Below, piece by piece: positions 7,898-14,797 of a DNA stretch of 15,778 nt. The stretch is from positions 1-15,778 of IMG/VR virus record IMGVR_UViG_2909298281_000001; one strand, 5' to 3'. A program made the position numbers and the translations under genes. Numbering within the stretch: position 1 is the first letter of the stretch; each line of letters starts with the position of its first letter. The notes under the pieces were generated by a model, which saw nothing but the letters and a program-made list of their open reading frames with translations, was not told where the DNA came from and did no database searches. This DNA is from a virus (taxonomy: Duplodnaviria > Heunggongvirae > Uroviricota > Caudoviricetes).

Positions 7898-7962
7898 TAA
7901 GAAAATTGTGACGTACACCGGACAACAACACGACGCATTGCAGATGTGCCAGCCCTGACACA
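7898..7962 (-). promoter_or_regulatory. Candidate Psid late promoter with two TGT-N12-ACA Delta/Ogr-type dyads
   Basis: Dyads TGTGCCAGCCCTGACACA (7945-7962) and TGTGACGTACACCGGACA (7907-7924), centres about 38 bp apart. With a predicted leftward start near 7898 (a CACAAT -10-like hexamer on the minus strand at 7910-7905), they sit at about -55 and -17. I recall P4 late promoters carrying an extra activator site near -18. Confidence 0.5.
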
Positions 7963-8041
7963 GGAGACTCATCCTCAGACCGGCAAGCCAGGAAAAGGTC
8001 GCAGGAAAAACCGGCTTACTGTTTGTTTTTTTATATTTTAC

Positions 8042-8145
8042 TGTTCACCTCTGTTCACCATAAGAAAAAAGATAAGTAATACAGTAAGTTAAAGGGTGAA
8101 CAATCGCAGTAATGACTGTTCACCGTCTGTTCACCACTGTTCACC
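8042..8145. repeat. Iteron cluster (TGTTCACC octamers), candidate P4-type ori
   Basis: Five direct copies of TGTTCACC (8042-8049, 8052-8059, 8118-8125, 8128-8135, 8138-8145) and one inverted copy GGTGAACA (8095-8102). The same octamer recurs in the crr repeats downstream of alpha, about 4.8 kb away, consistent with the P4 ori/crr arrangement as I recall it. Confidence 0.6.
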
Positions 8146-8302
8146 CGTTAATGGGCTTTTTGTGCTGTTCATTACTTTTTATTTTTATTAATTCACTGAA
8201 ATAAATAAGAAAAAACAATTTGTATTTCACTATAATTTTTTCCAGCTCCTTCCAGAGCGTTTTAAAGCTATCTGCGCTGATGTACAAAAAATACACAGCC
8301 AT

Positions 8303-8365
8303 TGTAAGACTGCCGGAACAAATCCCCCCTGTTGCGTCTGCCGAAAATATTCACAAAATAAAGCG
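8303..8365 (+). promoter_or_regulatory. Candidate PLL late promoter upstream of vis
   Basis: TGT-N12-ACA dyad TGTAAGACTGCCGGAACA (8303-8320) followed about 45 bp later by a CACAAA -10-like hexamer (8352-8357) resembling the Psid CACAAT. A second, imperfect dyad lies near 8339-8355. Start site predicted around 8365. Confidence 0.4.
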
Positions 8366-8422
8366 CTACCCGAAGCCGGACGGACTTATCCGGTGCTGTA
8401 TGGACATTAACGAGGTAGCCCG

Positions 8423-8689
8423 ATGCAAGCTGTTTTTTCTTCCCCGTCTCCCGCCCCTGTGACGCCACTGATGCCGCTGCCGGACATCACGCAGGAGCGT
8501 TTTTTACGTCTGCCGGAAGTGATGCACCTGTGCGGCCTGTCACGCTCGACCATCTATGAACTCATCCGTAAGGGGGAATTTCCGCCGCAGGTGAGTCTTG
8601 GCGGTAAAAATGTGGCCTGGCTGCACTCTGAAGTCACCGCATGGATGGCCGGGCGCATTGCCGGACGCAAACGGGGGTACGACGCATGA
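8423..8689 (+). CDS. vis: Vis-like / AlpA-family helix-turn-helix regulator, 88 aa
   Basis: GAGG 7 nt upstream of the ATG. Sequence ...[28 protein letters not shown].. is AlpA/Vis-type HTH in character. 88 aa matches the P4 orf88 (vis) length as I recall. Confidence 0.75.
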   Translation: MQAVFSSPSPAPVTPLMPLPDITQERFLRLPEVMHLCGLSRSTIYELIRKGEFPPQVSLGGKNVAWLHSEVTAWMAGRIAGRKRGYDA

Positions 8690-8724
8690 TGATGCCTGTT
8701 CTGCAAAAAGTCCCTTTTTCTGGC

Positions 8725-8754
8725 TTGCCTTTTTCCGGCATTTGCGGATATAGT
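8725..8754 (+). promoter_or_regulatory. Candidate PLE early/immunity promoter (sigma-70 type)
   Basis: -35 TTGCCT (8725-8730), 18-bp spacer, -10 TATAGT (8749-8754). Lies just upstream of the seqA-like element at about 8784-8810. Confidence 0.4.
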
Positions 8755-8929
8755 TTTTCCGCTGTCGCAAAATCGGCAGCCGGGCGTAGGAACCCGTGTA
8801 ACTCGAAGGCGACATATGACGCGCCATGCGTCTTTTTTTGTGTCGCAATCAACGCCACAGAGCGCCAGATTATGGTGTGGCGTGTGGTTTGCCGTGCAGG
8901 TATGATCCTGTTCGCAATCGCATGTTATG

Positions 8930-9008
8930 CCACTGAGTCAATGGTAGCTCAGGCGGGGCAGCCTCCGGGCTGGCCGGTATTCTTCGAGGCCGGTATTCCT
9001 ACCCCCGT
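8930..9008 (+). ncRNA. Candidate CI immunity RNA (P4-type RNA repressor) containing a seqB-like element; boundaries approximate
   Basis: A segment TTCTTCGAGGCCGGTATTCCTACCC (about 8980-9004) is complementary to two flanking elements that share GCGTAGGAAC...CTCGAAGG (about 8784-8810 and 9028-9068), matching the seqA/seqB/seqC logic of P4 immunity as I recall it. Ends cannot be set from sequence alone. Confidence 0.35.
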
Positions 9009-9078
9009 CTGGGCTATCGCCATCGAGCGTAGGAACTCCGGCGATAGCAGTTATTTGCTACTCGAAGGAGACGGCCTT

Positions 9079-9276
9079 ATGGCTACAACCCTTACCCCCT
9101 CACACCCTGAATTTGTCTTTGTGTTTGCGGCTGTCCGTCGCGCAGACCGTCATCCCCGTATCTGTATGCTTCGCACCGTCGCCGGTGATGAACGCAGTGC
9201 CCGCCGTTCCCTTGTCCGTGACTATGTGCTCTCCCTTGCTGCCCGTCTGCCGGTGGTGGAGGTGTCCCGTGCGTAA
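9079..9276 (+). CDS. Small protein, 65 aa, kil-like by position (first translated gene after the immunity RNA)
   Basis: ATG at 9079 preceded by AAGGAG (9065-9070), which lies inside the downstream seqC-like element. Stop overlaps the next gene's GTG start (GTGCGTAA, 9269-9276). Confidence 0.45.
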   Translation: MATTLTPSHPEFVFVFAAVRRADRHPRICMLRTVAGDERSARRSLVRDYVLSLAARLPVVEVSRA

Positions 9277-9556
9277 TAAAAAAGCCCCTCAGACCGTCTC
9301 AGCGCGTCATGACGCCCGTGAACACCTCAGCATTGAGGCTTACCATAAGCTCAACCGCGCCAGCGCCGTATCCCAGTTTGTTGGGGGTGATTTGATTCAC
9401 CGTGAACTCTCCGGCCTGCATCAGCTCTACATTCCGCATATTTTCAGCTACCTGAATGAAGATATTGATTTTGTGCTGAATGAGCTGAAAGCCAAAGGCC
9501 TGTGCCGCGATTTTCTCGCCCAGCAGAAAGACCGGGGAGACAGGACGCATGTTTGA
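9269..9556 (+). CDS. Epsilon-like small protein, about 95 aa from the GTG start (assignment by position)
   Basis: GTG at 9269 is preceded by GGAGG (9258-9262) and is in frame with the track ORF 9113..9556. Its stop overlaps the orf151 start. Sits immediately upstream of orf151 as the epsilon gene does in P4, as I recall. Confidence 0.5.
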   Translation: MRNKKAPQTVSARHDAREHLSIEAYHKLNRASAVSQFVGGDLIHRELSGLHQLYIPHIFSYLNEDIDFVLNELKAKGLCRDFLAQQKDRGDRTHV

Positions 9557-10004
9557 TTTTCCCCAGCCCGGTGAGATTTACCGTTCTGCCGGTTTTCCCG
9601 ATGTGGCCGTGGTCGGCATTCTGGAAGACGGTATTCCGTGGGAAATGCCGTACCGCTGCCCGGACATTGTCTGGAACCCGTACCGCCGTAAATTCAGTAT
9701 CCTTGTGCGTATCCTCGCTGACGGGCGCACCACAGACATCCCGCTGGGGCGTTTTCTGCGGGAATTTACCTGTGACCGTCCTGACCTGTTTAAACGCAGC
9801 CCCGTAAACCGGCATGCGGTACTGAAAGAAATGGCCGGAGACCCGGAATTACAGAAATGGCGGGAGAAATATCTGGATATTTACCCGCAGGACCCTGTTC
9901 CGGTCAGCCGGGCGGCACCGGTGGCGCGGGAATGGCGGGAAATTCCCCGCACGGAGCCTGACCCGGAAATCACCCCGGATAACAGTTACCGCAATTATCT
10001 GTAA
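9549..10004 (+). CDS. P4 orf151-like protein, 151 aa
   Basis: Exact 151-aa length, position between the epsilon-like gene and alpha, and start overlapping the upstream stop (ATGTTTGA). Confidence 0.8.
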   Translation: MFDFPQPGEIYRSAGFPDVAVVGILEDGIPWEMPYRCPDIVWNPYRRKFSILVRILADGRTTDIPLGRFLREFTCDRPDLFKRSPVNRHAVLKEMAGDPELQKWREKYLDIYPQDPVPVSRAAPVAREWREIPRTEPDPEITPDNSYRNYL

Positions 10005-10139
10005 TTAAAAAACGACACCCGAAAAATTAAATGTGCGTATTCGCGCAGGGATACGCACGTCTTCAGGAGACGCAGATATGCCTTATCAGTTAATGCAACC
10101 GGCACGGAATGCAGTCATCTGTCACAGGGAGGAAAGCAA

Positions 10140-10460
10140 ATGAAAACACCCTTACCGCCCGTCTTACGCGCTGCCCTTTACCGTCGTGCTGTCGCCTGTG
10201 CCTGGCTGACCGTGTGCGAACGTCAGCACCGCTACCCGCATCTCACCCTTGAGTCACTGGAGGCGGCCATCGCCGCTGAGCTGGAAGGCTTTTATCTGCG
10301 CCAGCACGGTGAGGAAAAAGGGCGTCAGATAGCCTGTGCCCTGCTGGAAGATTTAATGGAATCCGGCCCCCTGAAGGCCGCGCCGTCGCTGTCCTTTCTC
10401 GGGCTGGTTGTGATGGATGAACTCTGTGCCCGTCACATAAAAGCGCCGGTACTGCACTGA
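10140..10460 (+). CDS. P4 orf106-like protein, 106 aa
   Basis: 106-aa ORF immediately upstream of alpha with matching codon usage. The name is from recollected P4 ORF nomenclature. Confidence 0.7.
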
Positions 10461-10474
10461 AGGAGAACTACACC

Positions 10475-12808
10475 ATGAAAATGAACGTAACCGCCACCGT
10501 CAGTCATGCGCTCGGCCACTGGCCGCGTATTCTCCCGGCGCTGGGGATTCAGGTGCTGAAAAACCGTCATCAGCCCTGTCCGGTCTGTGGCGGGAGTGAC
10601 CGCTTCCGTTTTGATGACAGGGAGGGGCGCGGCACCTGGTACTGCAATCAGTGTGGTGCCGGTGACGGCCTGAAACTGGTTGAAAAGGTGTTTGGTGTTT
10701 CCCCGTCCGACGCGGCCGCAAAGGTGGCTGCCGTGACCGGCAGCCTGCCCCCGGCTGACCCGGCAGTGACGGCCGCCGCCGTTGCTGAAACAGAAGCCGC
10801 CCGGAAGAACGCCGCCGCACTGGCACAAACCCTGATGGCGAAAACCCGTCCCGGAACCGGTAACGCCTACCTGACCCGCAAGGGCTTTCCCGGCCGGGAA
10901 TGCCGGATGCTGACCGGCACACACAGAGCCGGTGGCGTGAGCTGGCGCGCCGGTGACCTTGTGGTGCCACTGTATGACGACAGCGGCGAACTGGTTAACC
11001 TTCAGTTAATCAGTGCTGACGGCCGTAAGCGCACCCTGAAAGGCGGACAGGTCAGGGGCACCTGTCACATCCTTGAAGGACAGAATCAGGCCGGAAAACG
11101 TCTGTGGATAGCGGAGGGATACGCGACCGCACTTACCGTGCATCACCTGACCGGTGAAACGGTGATGGTGGCGCTTTCTTCCGTGAACCTCCTTTCTCTG
11201 GCCAGACTTGCCCGGCAGAAGCATCCGGCCTGTCAGATTGTCCTTGCCGCAGACCGTGACCTCAGCGGTGACGGCCAGAAAAAAGCCGCCGCAGCCGCAG
11301 ATGCGTGTGAAGGTGTTGTTGCCCTGCCGCCGGTCTTCGGTGACTGGAATGATGCCTTCACGCAGTACGGCGGGGAGGCCACCCGTAAGGCCATTTACGA
11401 TGCCATCCGGCCACCGGCTGAAAGCCCGTTCGACACCATGAGCGAAGCGGAGTTTTCCGCCATGAGTACCAGCGAAAAGGCCATGCGTATCTATGAGCAT
11501 TACGGCGAGGCGCTCGCGGTCGATGCCAACGGCCAGCTTCTGTCCCGTTATGAAAATGGTGTCTGGAAGGTGCTGCCGCCACAGGACTTTGCCCGGGATG
11601 TGGCCGGGCTGTTTCAGCGGCTGCGCGCGCCGTTCTCCTCCGGGAAGGTGGCCTCCGTGGTGGACACCCTGAAGCTGATTATTCCGCAGCAGGAAGCCCC
11701 CTCCCGCCGCCTGATTGGCTTTCGTAACGGTGTGCTCGACACACAGAACGGCACGTTCCACCCGCACAGTCCGTCACACTGGATGCGCACCCTGTGTGAT
11801 GTGGATTTCACCCCACCGGTGGAAGGGGAAACGCTGGAAACCCACGCCCCCGCGTTCTGGCGCTGGCTTGACCGTGCCGCCGGTGGCCGTGCGGAAAAAC
11901 GCGACGTGATTCTGGCCGCACTGTTTATGGTGCTGGCAAACCGCTACGACTGGCAGCTCTTTCTGGAGGTGACCGGTCCCGGCGGCAGCGGCAAAAGTAT
12001 CATGGCCGAAATAGCCACCCTGCTGGCCGGGGAGGATAACGCCACATCGGCCACCATTGAGACGCTGGAATCCCCGCGTGAACGTGCCGCGTTAACTGGC
12101 TTCTCACTGATACGCCTGCCTGACCAGGAAAAATGGAGCGGCGACGGTGCCGGACTCAAGGCCATCACCGGCGGCGATGCGGTGTCCGTTGACCCGAAAT
12201 ACCGGGATGCGTACTCCACGCACATCCCGGCGGTGATTCTGGCCGTGAACAATAACCCGATGCGCTTCACCGACCGCAGCGGCGGCGTGTCACGCCGGCG
12301 GGTGATTATTCACTTCCCTGAACAGATAGCCCCGCAGGAGCGCGACCCGCAGCTTAAGGACAAAATCACCCGCGAGCTGGCGGTCATCGTGCGTCACCTG
12401 ATGCAGAAATTCAGCGACCCGATGCTCGCCCGGTCACTGCTTCAGTCCCAGCAGAACTCAGACGAGGCGCTGAACATCAAACGGGATGCCGACCCGACGT
12501 TTGATTTTATCGGCTATCTGGAAACCCTGCCGCAGACCAGCGGCATGTATATGGGGAACGCCAGTATCATCCCGCGCAATTACCGTAAATACCTCTATCA
12601 CGCCTATCTGGCCTACATGGAGGCAAACGGCTACCGGAACGTACTCAGTCTGAAAATGTTCGGGCTGGGGCTGCCGGTGATGCTGAAGGAATACGGACTG
12701 AATTACGAGAAGCGCCATACCAAACAGGGGATACAGACCAACCTGACACTGAAAGAGGAAAGCTACGGCGACTGGCTGCCAAAATGTGACGACCCTGCAA
12801 CAGCCTGA
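10475..12808 (+). CDS. alpha: Alpha primase-helicase replication protein, 777 aa
   Basis: AAGGAGA ribosome-binding site (10460-10466). N-terminal zinc-binding CPVCGGSDRF...YCNQCGAGDG followed by a primase-type acidic region (..LAADRDLSGDGQ..). Central Walker A GPGGSGKS and D5-type SF3 helicase region. 777 aa is the P4 alpha length as I recall. Confidence 0.95.
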   Translation: MKMNVTATVSHALGHWPRILPALGIQVLKNRHQPCPVCGGSDRFRFDDREGRGTWYCNQCGAGDGLKLVEKVFGVSPSDAAAKVAAVTGSLPPADPAVTAAAVAETEAARKNAAALAQTLMAKTRPGTGNAYLTRKGFPGRECRMLTGTHRAGGVSWRAGDLVVPLYDDSGELVNLQLISADGRKRTLKGGQVRGTCHILEGQNQAGKRLWIAEGYATALTVHHLTGETVMVALSSVNLLSLARLARQKHPACQIVLAADRDLSGDGQKKAAAAADACEGVVALPPVFGDWNDAFTQYGGEATRKAIYDAIRPPAESPFDTMSEAEFSAMSTSEKAMRIYEHYGEALAVDANGQLLSRYENGVWKVLPPQDFARDVAGLFQRLRAPFSSGKVASVVDTLKLIIPQQEAPSRRLIGFRNGVLDTQNGTFHPHSPSHWMRTLCDVDFTPPVEGETLETHAPAFWRWLDRAAGGRAEKRDVILAALFMVLANRYDWQLFLEVTGPGGSGKSIMAEIATLLAGEDNATSATIETLESPRERAALTGFSLIRLPDQEKWSGDGAGLKAITGGDAVSVDPKYRDAYSTHIPAVILAVNNNPMRFTDRSGGVSRRRVIIHFPEQIAPQERDPQLKDKITRELAVIVRHLMQKFSDPMLARSLLQSQQNSDEALNIKRDADPTFDFIGYLETLPQTSGMYMGNASIIPRNYRKYLYHAYLAYMEANGYRNVLSLKMFGLGLPVMLKEYGLNYEKRHTKQGIQTNLTLKEESYGDWLPKCDDPATA

Positions 12809-12815
12809 CCCACCT

Positions 12816-12841
12816 GACCGGCATCTGCCGGTCTTTTTTTT
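12816..12841 (+). terminator. Rho-independent terminator after alpha
   Basis: GACCGGCA-TC-TGCCGGTC perfect 8-bp stem (12816-12833) followed directly by a run of eight T (12834-12841), 8 nt after the alpha stop. Confidence 0.75.
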
Positions 12842-12856
12842 ATCCCGATATCCCCC

Positions 12857-13160
12857 GAAGGTGAACAATCCACTGTTCACCCTTCACCGTATGTTCACCC
12901 GTTATCACACTGAAATTAAAAGAGAAAAACGAAAGGTGAACAGTGTGAACAATCAAATCAAAAAAAACTTTTTTCTTCCTGAGTGATTTCAGTACGGGGG
13001 ATTAATCACCGGTATGAGTCACACCGGCAGAATGCCGGAGGTGAAGAATCGAATGTTCACCCTTCACCCATTATTCACCATCTATTACTCTGAAATAAAA
13101 GGAGAAAATCAAAGGGTGAACAGTGTGAACAGTTCTTCCGAAAAAAAATTTTTTATGTGG
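12857..13160. repeat. crr (cis replication region): two direct repeats of about 120 bp, each with several TGTTCACC/GGTGAACA iterons
   Basis: Unit 1 about 12857-12980 and unit 2 about 13037-13160 align closely (e.g. ..GTTCACCCTTCACC..CTGAAAT.AAAAG.AGAAAA.C.AAAGGTGAACAGTGTGAACA..AAAAAAA.TTTTTT). The about 60-bp spacing matches my recollection of P4 crr. Confidence 0.7.
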
Positions 13161-13344
13161 GTAAAAGATGCACTGGTTTGGATCCGAGCTACGGATCCAA
13201 ACTCACTGATTAAAAATTAGTTAACTTTCCGATTTGTTGATGGGTTGAAAATAGATTGGTCAGAAAAACAGTGGGGGCACAAAAGGGGGCATATTTCATT
13301 TTTGTTTTTTATTATTTGTTTTTTATCATTGACTTATTTTGATA

Positions 13345-13366
13345 TTTGAGTCCGGCCTTCGCACCT
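13345..13366 (+). other. Candidate attR core: degenerate copy of a tRNA 3' end (right boundary of the element)
   Basis: TTTGAGTCCGGCCTTCGCACC resembles a tRNA T-arm/acceptor 3' end (TTCGAGTCCGGCCTTCGGCACCA type), with one substitution and one deletion relative to my recollection of a leucine tRNA end. Located after crr where attR is expected. Confidence 0.45.
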
Positions 13367-13575
13367 TCGCACCATCGGAACATCAATAGACATCAACGGA
13401 CGTTTTTTTATGACTGAAATCCGCGCCACACAAGGCTTTTCGCTATTTTTCGCTCAACCTAAGTCAACCTACATCAACTTACTGATGTGGATACAGCTAC
13501 AGCTGCGGCTATACCCCGATTCGATAATGTTTGTACCCACACAAAACCCTTGAAAGGCTACAAGGCTGAAATTGT

Positions 13576-13794
13576 CTAAACCATAGAGATGATTTTTATG
13601 ATCCAGTCTTTCTCTTGTTGAGATAGTTCCAGTTTGCTCACTCGTGTTAAGAAGGTATTGATCACCTGAACATCCGAATTGGTGAGCCTATTTAATAGAG
13701 CGGGTGGTATACCTTTACTAACAATCGCTTTGCGGTGACTTTCGTAGTTTTTATTACTCATTGTTGATCCTAAAAAATCATTGTATGGCGGCAT
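13576..13794 (-). CDS. Hypothetical small ORF, 72 aa (possibly the downstream fragment of a frameshifted gene)
   Basis: ORF from track only; lies 23 nt downstream of the 80-aa ORF on the same strand in a different frame. Confidence 0.3.
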   Translation of the reverse strand: MPPYNDFLGSTMSNKNYESHRKAIVSKGIPPALLNRLTNSDVQVINTFLTRVSKLELSQQEKDWIIKIISMV

Positions 13795-13817
13795 TGATCG
13801 TTTCCAGCAACCTTTAC

Positions 13818-14060
13818 TTACTCACTTCGAACTGCATCCTCGTAGACTGTTCCACTACAATAATCGAAAAGGCGCGGATGTCCATTCAGGTATCCCGCTA
13901 ATACGTATAGCAATAACAATGGCTTATGCGGCGCGCGCTGTTCACCCTTGTGCCAGATTTTTATATTGGCAATTGCCTGCTGTAGCGATTTACTGGAAGC
14001 TATTGATATCCCTGGCAGTGAAATAATTGCGATCATGCTCGCAAATTTTCTGCTGTTCAA
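13818..14060 (-). CDS. Hypothetical small ORF, 80 aa
   Basis: ORF from track. Weak local resemblance (I-x-I-W-x-x-G-E ... P) to the N-terminal region of the divergent HNH-domain protein at 14140..14790. Confidence 0.3.
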   Translation of the reverse strand: MNSRKFASMIAIISLPGISIASSKSLQQAIANIKIWHKGEQRAPHKPLLLLYVLAGYLNGHPRLFDYCSGTVYEDAVRSE

Positions 14061-14139
14061 GCCTGCAAGTGAAGATATATTACCTTGATCTCATTTGTTT
14101 TTTTGCTGCCTGTTCTGAGAACGTATAAGGACATTCTCC

Positions 14140-14790
14140 ATGAATAAACTCCCTGATCATCTTCCGCGGCGGTATATCATCGAAGCTATCCATTTATGGG
14201 ATGCGGGAGAAACTCATCAGTTCCAGCCTGCGCGGTTGTATGAGATTGAATATCATGGCCGACGTTACCCCTCGAAGGCGATTGCTGGCATCGCAGCGAC
14301 ATTGATGACGGGGACGCAATTTACCCCTGCGGATTTCACCGGCGGAATAAAATCTAAATGTGTCAAGCTACTCATAGAGCAGGGATTTCATATTCATCTG
14401 GATAAAGCCGCTGCGGCTCCCATAGCCGACGTTCTGTTCCCGGATGAGTTGCCGTCGCAGGAGACATACCTTGAAGGTGCGGCGATAAAGGTGACAGTAA
14501 ACCGCTATGAACGCGATAAAAAGGCCCGAGATAAAGCGGTCGAACATCATGGATGCCAGTGCAACGTATGCGGTGTTGATCTGGTGAAGATCTATGGTGA
14601 TATCGCTGAAGGCTTTATCCATGTGCATCACCTGGTGCCGCTGTCAGCCATTAAAGAGGATTACCAGCTGGATCCAGTTAATGATTTGCTGCCTGTGTAC
14701 CCTAATTGCCATGCGATGTTGCACCGACGCAAACCACCGTTTACGCCGGAGCAGTTAAAAGCGCTGATGGATGCGAATAAATCAAATTAA
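14140..14790 (+). CDS. HNH endonuclease-domain protein, 216 aa, with an uncharacterized N-terminal domain
   Basis: C-terminal HNH-type motif CQCNVCGV...HVHHLVPLS...N...YPNCHAMLH (two Cys pairs plus His-His and Asn). The N-terminal 130 aa has no motif I can assign. Confidence 0.75.
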   Translation: MNKLPDHLPRRYIIEAIHLWDAGETHQFQPARLYEIEYHGRRYPSKAIAGIAATLMTGTQFTPADFTGGIKSKCVKLLIEQGFHIHLDKAAAAPIADVLFPDELPSQETYLEGAAIKVTVNRYERDKKARDKAVEHHGCQCNVCGVDLVKIYGDIAEGFIHVHHLVPLSAIKEDYQLDPVNDLLPVYPNCHAMLHRRKPPFTPEQLKALMDANKSN

Positions 14791-14797
14791 TGAACGC

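Noticed and set aside
7365-7911. Three overlapping plus-strand ORFs (122-176 aa) inside sid
   Set aside because: They are antisense to the well-supported sid gene in G+C-rich sequence, where long spurious ORFs are expected; the translations are low-complexity and Arg/Ala/Pro-rich.
8220-8468. 80-aa plus-strand and 66-aa minus-strand ORFs between the ori iterons and vis
   Set aside because: They lie across the promoter candidate and the A+T-rich control region and overlap the vis ribosome-binding site; most likely non-coding regulatory DNA.
8641-9276. 211-aa plus-strand ORF spanning the region between vis and the epsilon-like gene
   Set aside because: It reads through the complementary seqA/seqB/seqC-like RNA elements and a promoter candidate, with no ribosome-binding site at its start. 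Only its last 65 codons (from ATG 9079, with AAGGAG) look like a real gene.
9299-9815. Minus-strand ORFs (83 and 123 aa) and a 101-aa plus-strand ORF overlapping the epsilon-like gene and orf151
   Set aside because: Antisense or alternate-frame overlaps with the translationally coupled plus-strand gene chain.
10433-12270. Several minus-strand ORFs (65-253 aa) overlapping alpha
   Set aside because: Antisense to the 777-aa alpha gene; the translations are Gly/Arg/Pro-rich and typical of the antisense frame of a G+C-rich gene, with no start signals.
12786-13220. Two plus-strand ORFs (66 and 68 aa) and a possible CRISPR-like repeat array after alpha
   Set aside because: The ORFs are translations of the two crr repeat units. 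The repeated element is an 8-bp iteron in irregular and inverted arrangements, not 25-40 bp repeats with unique spacers, so it is not a CRISPR array.
14368-14631. 87-aa minus-strand ORF inside the HNH gene
   Set aside because: Antisense to a gene with a clear HNH motif.
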